Assembly (NCBI GenBank): GCA_938074535.1
Contig: CALJER010000012.1
Coordinates: 1-11,240 of the forward strand
DNA length: 11,240 nucleotides
Reading direction: 5' to 3'
Source: an uncultured archaeon
GTDB lineage: Archaea; Hadarchaeota; Hadarchaeia; Hadarchaeales; WYZ-LMO6
In this document: one piece after another, positions 7,219 through 11,240 of the stretch
Layout: each line of letters opens with the position of its first letter
How positions within the stretch are numbered: position 1 is the first letter of the stretch
Program-made: the position numbers and the translations under genes
The notes under the pieces: model-generated
What the model saw: the letters and a program-made list of their open reading frames with translations, nothing else
What the model was told of the DNA's origin: nothing
The model's database searches: none

Positions 7219-8217
7219 ATGGGAAGGAGAGCCCACCGCCCCAGGAGGGGGTCGCTGGCCTACTCCCCACGGGTGAGGGCACCCTCCCCGGTGCCGCACC
7301 TCAGGTCCTGGCCGGAGGCAAAGGAGACGCGCCTGCTGGGCTTCGCCGGCTACAAGGCCGGGATGACCCACGTCTTCTACGTGGACGACAGGAAGACCAG
7401 CCCCACTTCCGGAAAGGAGATCCTTTCCCCTGCCACCGTCATAGAGACGCCCCCCCTCAGGGTCTGCGGGGTGCGCCTGCTGGGCAGGACTGACCACGGT
7501 CTCAGAACGCTCACCGAGGTCTGGGCCGGTGCTCTCCCCAAGGAGCTGGGCAGGAAACTGAACAACCCCCCCAAGGCCACCTCGGAGGAGGGGATGAAGA
7601 GGGCGGAGGAGCTCGTGAAGGAGGGGAAGGTGGAGGAGGTGAGGGTCCTCGTGTGCACCCAGCCCTGGCTCTGCTCCGGCCCCAAGAAAAAGCCCGACCT
7701 CTTCGAGGTGGGGGTGGGAGGACCCGATGTGGCCTCCAAATGGGAATACAGCAGGAACCTCCTGGGAAAGGAGGTGAAAGTCTCCGAAGTGTTCAAGCCC
7801 GGGGAGTACGTGGACGCTTCGGCTATCACGAAGGGGAAGGGGTTCGAAGGACCAGTGAAGAGGTGGGGGGTGAAGATCCTCCCCAGGAAGACGGACGAGG
7901 GGAGGAGGCAGGTGGGTGCCCTCGGACCATGGACCCCTGCCAGGATCATGTGGACCGTGCCCGCCGCGGGGCAGATGGGCTACCACCAGAGGACGGAGCT
8001 GAACAAGCGCATCCTGAAGATAGGAAGGGGGGAGGAAGTGACCCCCCCCGGAGGCTTCAGGAGATGGGGATCCGTGAAGAGCGAGTACCTGCTGGTGGCC
8101 GGATCCCTCCCCGGCCCCACCAAGAGACTGGTTCAGCTGAGGCCTGCGAGAAGGGCCAAAGGAACCGGGGGCGCTCCCGTGCTGACCTACATAGCGAGCG
8201 CGGGTGTGGAGAAATGA
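7219..8217 (+). CDS. rpl3: 50S ribosomal protein uL3
   Basis: HRPRRGSLAYSPR, FAGYKAGMTH, TKGKGFEGPVKRWG and AGQMGYHQRTELNK. SD GGAGGTG at 7206-7212. Confidence 0.98.
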   Translation: MGRRAHRPRRGSLAYSPRVRAPSPVPHLRSWPEAKETRLLGFAGYKAGMTHVFYVDDRKTSPTSGKEILSPATVIETPPLRVCGVRLLGRTDHGLRTLTEVWAGALPKELGRKLNNPPKATSEEGMKRAEELVKEGKVEEVRVLVCTQPWLCSGPKKKPDLFEVGVGGPDVASKWEYSRNLLGKEVKVSEVFKPGEYVDASAITKGKGFEGPVKRWGVKILPRKTDEGRRQVGALGPWTPARIMWTVPAAGQMGYHQRTELNKRILKIGRGEEVTPPGGFRRWGSVKSEYLLVAGSLPGPTKRLVQLRPARRAKGTGGAPVLTYIASAGVEK

Positions 8218-8990
8218 AGGTCCCCGTTTTCTCGCTCGGGGGAGGACAGGTGGGGGAGCTGGAGCTCCCCGAGGTCTTCCAGGAAGAGTACAGACCCGAC
8301 CTGATCAGGAGGGCCGTCCTCTCCTCCCAGACCGCCCGCCTGCAGCCCAAAGGAGCGGATCCCATGGCCGGGAAGCGCACCTCGGCCGAGACCTGGGGGA
8401 AGGGATACGGGGTGGCCAGGGTGAGGAGGGTGAAGGGGAGAGGGTCTCCCGCCTCGGGCAGCGGGGCCTTCGCCCCCCACACGGTGGGAGGGAGGAGGGC
8501 TCATCCCCCCCTCCCGCAGAAGGTCCTCCGGGAGAGGATAAACCGGAAGGAAAAGAGGCTGGCCTTCCGCTCCGCGCTGGCGGCCACCGCCAGAAAGGAA
8601 CTGGTCCGCTCCCGCGGCCACCTGACGGACAAGGTTCCCTTTTTTCCCCTGGTGGTGGAGGACGGACTGGAGGAGCTCTCCGAGACCAAGAGGGTGAAGG
8701 AGGTCTTCCAGAAGCTGGGGCTCTGGGAGGAGGTGGAAAGGGTCTCCGAGCGCGTGAAGATCAGGGCGGGGAGAGGGAAGATGAGGGGCAGGAGGTACAG
8801 GGAACCCGTGGGTCCCCTCCTGGTGGTCTCGGAGGACAGGGGCATAAAGAAGGGGGCGGGGAACCTTCCCGGGGTGAAGGTGGTGGAGGTCAGGAACCTG
8901 GGGGTGGAGGACCTCGCGCCCGGGGGGATGCCGGCCAGGCTCACCGTCTGGACAAGCTCCGCCCTGCAGCAGCTGGAGGGGAGGGCGTGA
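8214..8990 (+). CDS. rpl4: 50S ribosomal protein uL4
   Basis: C-terminal 258 aa of the 7653..8990 ORF. True start is ATG 8214, in an ATGA overlap with the rpl3 stop. Motifs RPDLIRRA, AGKRTSAETWGKG, VGGRRAHPP, RAGRGKMRGRRY and LAPGG. Confidence 0.97.
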   Translation: MKVPVFSLGGGQVGELELPEVFQEEYRPDLIRRAVLSSQTARLQPKGADPMAGKRTSAETWGKGYGVARVRRVKGRGSPASGSGAFAPHTVGGRRAHPPLPQKVLRERINRKEKRLAFRSALAATARKELVRSRGHLTDKVPFFPLVVEDGLEELSETKRVKEVFQKLGLWEEVERVSERVKIRAGRGKMRGRRYREPVGPLLVVSEDRGIKKGAGNLPGVKVVEVRNLGVEDLAPGGMPARLTVWTSSALQQLEGRA

Positions 8991-9250
8991 AGGACCCGCA
9001 CAAGGTGATCCTGTATCCGCTGGCCACCGAGAAGGCCGTGAGGCTGATAGAGGCGGAGAACAAGCTCACCTTCGTGGTCTCTCCCGACGCCAACAAAACG
9101 GACGTGAAGAGGGCGGTGGAACTCCTCTACGGGGTGGAGGTGGAGAGCGTGAGGATAGAGCGCACCCCCGGGGGGAAAAAACGGGCCTACGTGAGGCTCA
9201 CCCCAAAGTTTATTGCGGATGAGGTGGCATCCAAACTGGGAGTGATCTGA
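8987..9250 (+). CDS. rpl23: 50S ribosomal protein uL23
   Basis: C-terminal 87 aa of the 8204..9250 ORF. GTG start in a GTGA overlap, with GGAGG 7 nt upstream. Sequence PLATEKAVRLIEAENKLTFVV...KRAYVRL. Confidence 0.96.
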   Translation: MKDPHKVILYPLATEKAVRLIEAENKLTFVVSPDANKTDVKRAVELLYGVEVESVRIERTPGGKKRAYVRLTPKFIADEVASKLGVI

Positions 9251-9955
9251 ATGGGAAGGATCATAAGGGCGCAGAGGATCGGAAAGGGATCCCCCACCTA
9301 CAGGGCGAAGGGCTGGAGGAGGGTGGGGGAAGTGAGGCTCCCCCCCCTCAGGGCGAGCAGGGGGGTGGTGGTGGACCTCCTGCACGAGCCAGGCAGGGGA
9401 TGTCCCCTCATGCTCGTGAAGTTCAGGGAGGGCTTCAGGGCGCTGCTCCCCGCCCCCGACGGCATAAGGGTGGGGGAGGAGGTGGAGTGCGGTCCCGGGG
9501 CCAGCAACAGGCCCGGAAACATCAAGGCCCTGGCCGAGATACCCGAGGGCACCAAGATCTTCAACATCGAGTCCCTGCCGGGGGACGGGGGGAAGTTCGC
9601 CAGGAACTCGGGGTCCCACGGTATCCTGATCGCCAAGGAAGCCGGGAGGGCGATGGTGCAGCTCCCCTCGGGGGAGATAAAGGCCCTGGACCTGCGCTGC
9701 AGGGCCGTCATAGGCACGGTCTCCGGAGGGGGGAGAACGGAAAAACCCTTCCTGAAGGCGGGAAAGAAGCATCATGCCATGCTGGCCAAGGGAAAACCCT
9801 ACCCGCGCGTGAAGGGCGTGGCCATGAACGTGGTGGACCATCCCTTTGGGGGAGGAAGGGGGAGGCACGCGGGGAGGCCCAAGATAGTGTCAAGGAGGGC
9901 ACCACCGGGCCAGAAGGTGGGCCTCATCGCCGCCAGGAGGGTGGGCAGGAGGTAG
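9251..9955 (+). CDS. rpl2: 50S ribosomal protein uL2
   Basis: [26 protein letters not shown] and [16 protein letters not shown]. Confidence 0.98.
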   Translation: MGRIIRAQRIGKGSPTYRAKGWRRVGEVRLPPLRASRGVVVDLLHEPGRGCPLMLVKFREGFRALLPAPDGIRVGEEVECGPGASNRPGNIKALAEIPEGTKIFNIESLPGDGGKFARNSGSHGILIAKEAGRAMVQLPSGEIKALDLRCRAVIGTVSGGGRTEKPFLKAGKKHHAMLAKGKPYPRVKGVAMNVVDHPFGGGRGRHAGRPKIVSRRAPPGQKVGLIAARRVGRR

Positions 9956-9959
9956 GGGG

Positions 9960-10367
9960 ATGCCCAAGAAGTTCACCTACCGCGGGTACACGCTGGAGGA
10001 GCTTAAGAAGCTCTCGCTCGAGGACTTCGCCAAGCTCCTGCCCTCCCGCCAGCGCAGGGCCATCCTGAGGCTCCTGCGCGGGCTCCGTCCCGAGGAGAAG
10101 AAGCTCCTCTCCAAGGTGAGGGAAATCTCCAGGAAGGGCAACGGGGAGACCATCATCCGCACCCACCTGAGGGAGATGGTCATCCTCCCGGAGATGGTGG
10201 GGTTGAAGTTCGGAGTGCACAACGGAAAGGAGTTCGTGGTGGTGGAGATAAAGCCGGAGATGATCGGGCACCGGCTGGGGGAGTTCAGCCAGACCAGAAA
10301 GAAGGTCACGCACGGGGCACCCGGGATAGGGGCCACCCGCAGCTCCATGTTCGTACCCCTGAAGTGA
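9960..10367 (+). CDS. rps19: 30S ribosomal protein uS19
   Basis: [36 protein letters not shown] and [20 protein letters not shown] at 9947-9953. Confidence 0.98.
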   Translation: MPKKFTYRGYTLEELKKLSLEDFAKLLPSRQRRAILRLLRGLRPEEKKLLSKVREISRKGNGETIIRTHLREMVILPEMVGLKFGVHNGKEFVVVEIKPEMIGHRLGEFSQTRKKVTHGAPGIGATRSSMFVPLK

Positions 10368-10371
10368 TGGG

Positions 10372-10821
10372 ATGCCCAAGTTCGGTTATTCCTGCAAGGT
10401 GGAGGAACCCTGCGCCAAGGCCATGGGCAGGGAGCTTAGGATCTCCCCCAAGGACGCGGTGGAGATCTGCAGGGAGATAAGGGGCATGGGGCTCCGCGAG
10501 GCCAGGTCCTACCTGGAGGAGGTGGTGAAAGGAAAGAGGGCCGTGCCCTTCAGGAGGCACGCCAAGAAGGTGGCCCACCACAGGGGCACGAAGGGTGCGG
10601 GGGCCTATCCCACCAAGGCGGCCAGGGCCATCCTGCAGGTGCTCAAGAACGCCGAGGCCAACGCCGCCTACAAGGGGCTGGACGCGGAAAAGCTGAAGGT
10701 GGTGCACGCCAGCGCCAGCAGGGGGATCATCCTCCCCGGCATCCTGCCCAGGGCCTTCGGGAGGGCCACGCCCTACAACAAGCCCCTCACCAACGTGCAG
10801 ATCGTGCTGAAGGAGGCCTGA
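10372..10821 (+). CDS. rpl22: 50S ribosomal protein uL22
   Basis: RISPKDAVEICREIRG, VPFRR, YPTKAA, NAEANAAYKGLD and PRAFGRA. Confidence 0.97.
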   Translation: MPKFGYSCKVEEPCAKAMGRELRISPKDAVEICREIRGMGLREARSYLEEVVKGKRAVPFRRHAKKVAHHRGTKGAGAYPTKAARAILQVLKNAEANAAYKGLDAEKLKVVHASASRGIILPGILPRAFGRATPYNKPLTNVQIVLKEA

Positions 10822-10823
10822 GC

Positions 10824-11240
10824 CTGAGGGTGGACAAACTCTTCGTGAAGAGATTCATGGACTTCGCCGAACTGAACGAGTACCTGGAGAAGGAACTTGA
10901 ACACGCCGGCTACGGCGGAGTGAGCGTGAGCAGGGTGCCCACGGGGACCAGGATCACCCTCTACGTGGAGCGCCCGGGGGCCGTCATAGGGAAGAAGGGG
11001 AAGAGCGTGCAGGAGCTTACGGACGAGCTGACCAAGAGGTTCAAGATGGAGAACCCGCAGGTGGAGGTGGTTGGGATAGAGAAGCCAGAGCTGAATGCAC
11101 CCATCATGGCGAAGAGGATCGCCTTCGCCCTGGAAAGGGGGGCCCACTTCAGGTCCCTGGGGTACACCTTCATGAACAGGATCATGGAGGCGGGGGCCAG
11201 GGGGGTGGAAATCGTGATCTCGGGCAAGCTGGGGGGGGAG
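10824..11240 (+). CDS. rps3: 30S ribosomal protein uS3, partial (runs off the window); start is CTG 10824 or GTG 10830
   Basis: Not in the ORF track. Hand translation gives (L)RVDKLFVKRFMDFAELNEYLEKELEHAGYGG...ERPGAVIGKKG...ENPQVEV...ALERGAHFR...AGARGVEIVISGKL, with the KH-domain GxxG. It occupies the expected position after rpl22. Confidence 0.96.
   Translation, partial: MRVDKLFVKRFMDFAELNEYLEKELEHAGYGGVSVSRVPTGTRITLYVERPGAVIGKKGKSVQELTDELTKRFKMENPQVEVVGIEKPELNAPIMAKRIAFALERGAHFRSLGYTFMNRIMEAGARGVEIVISGKLGGE

Noticed and set aside
6382-7219. SPOUT gene before rpl3 and absence of rps10 at the operon head
   Set aside because: Both are the known archaeal arrangement, so neither is novel by itself.
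8640-8645. T6 tract inside rpl4 as a possible terminator or slippage site
   Set aside because: It encodes Pro-Phe-Phe in an intact frame, with no other supporting signal.
7653-9250. Apparent N-terminal extensions of uL4 (445 aa) and uL23 (348 aa)
   Set aside because: ORF-caller artefacts. The real starts are the ATGA (8214) and GTGA (8987) overlaps, which give normal lengths.
3511-9868. Very long antisense or alternate-frame ORFs (3511..4920, 3555..4907, 4904..6319, 6283..7986, 8501..9868)
   Set aside because: Each mirrors well-identified genes. Strong GC3 bias removes stop codons from these frames, and the translations are low-complexity.
1-11240. tRNA, CRISPR array, IS element or prophage
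   Set aside because: Intergenic gaps are at most 138 nt and show no cloverleaf or spaced direct repeats; no transposase or integrase motifs were seen. Small guide RNAs cannot be excluded by eye.

Overview
This is a GC-rich (mid-60s % by eye) archaeal chromosomal window with 15 coding regions and no RNA genes, mobile elements or CRISPR arrays that I can see. In the left part (1-4890), six genes alternate strictly in orientation: cofD (partial, -), a HAD phosphatase (+), canonical cofE (-), a divergent cofE/FolC2-like ligase (+), a degenerate KaiC/RAD55-like ATPase (-) and an ArsB/NhaD-type permease (+). The right part (4931-end) is one tightly coupled + strand unit: rtcB, an MTH1/COG2106 SPOUT methyltransferase, rpl3, rpl4, rpl23, rpl2, rps19, rpl22 and rps3 (partial). 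Most of this is housekeeping. The points most worth checking are RtcB heading the ribosomal protein operon, the back-to-back pair of different CofE-family ligases, a HAD inside the F420 cluster, an apparently inactive KaiC-like protein facing a transporter, a probable CTG start for rps3, and TATA spacing that suggests leaderless mRNAs. cofD and rps3 are absent from the supplied ORF track and were translated by hand. All family calls come from motif recognition, not database searches.
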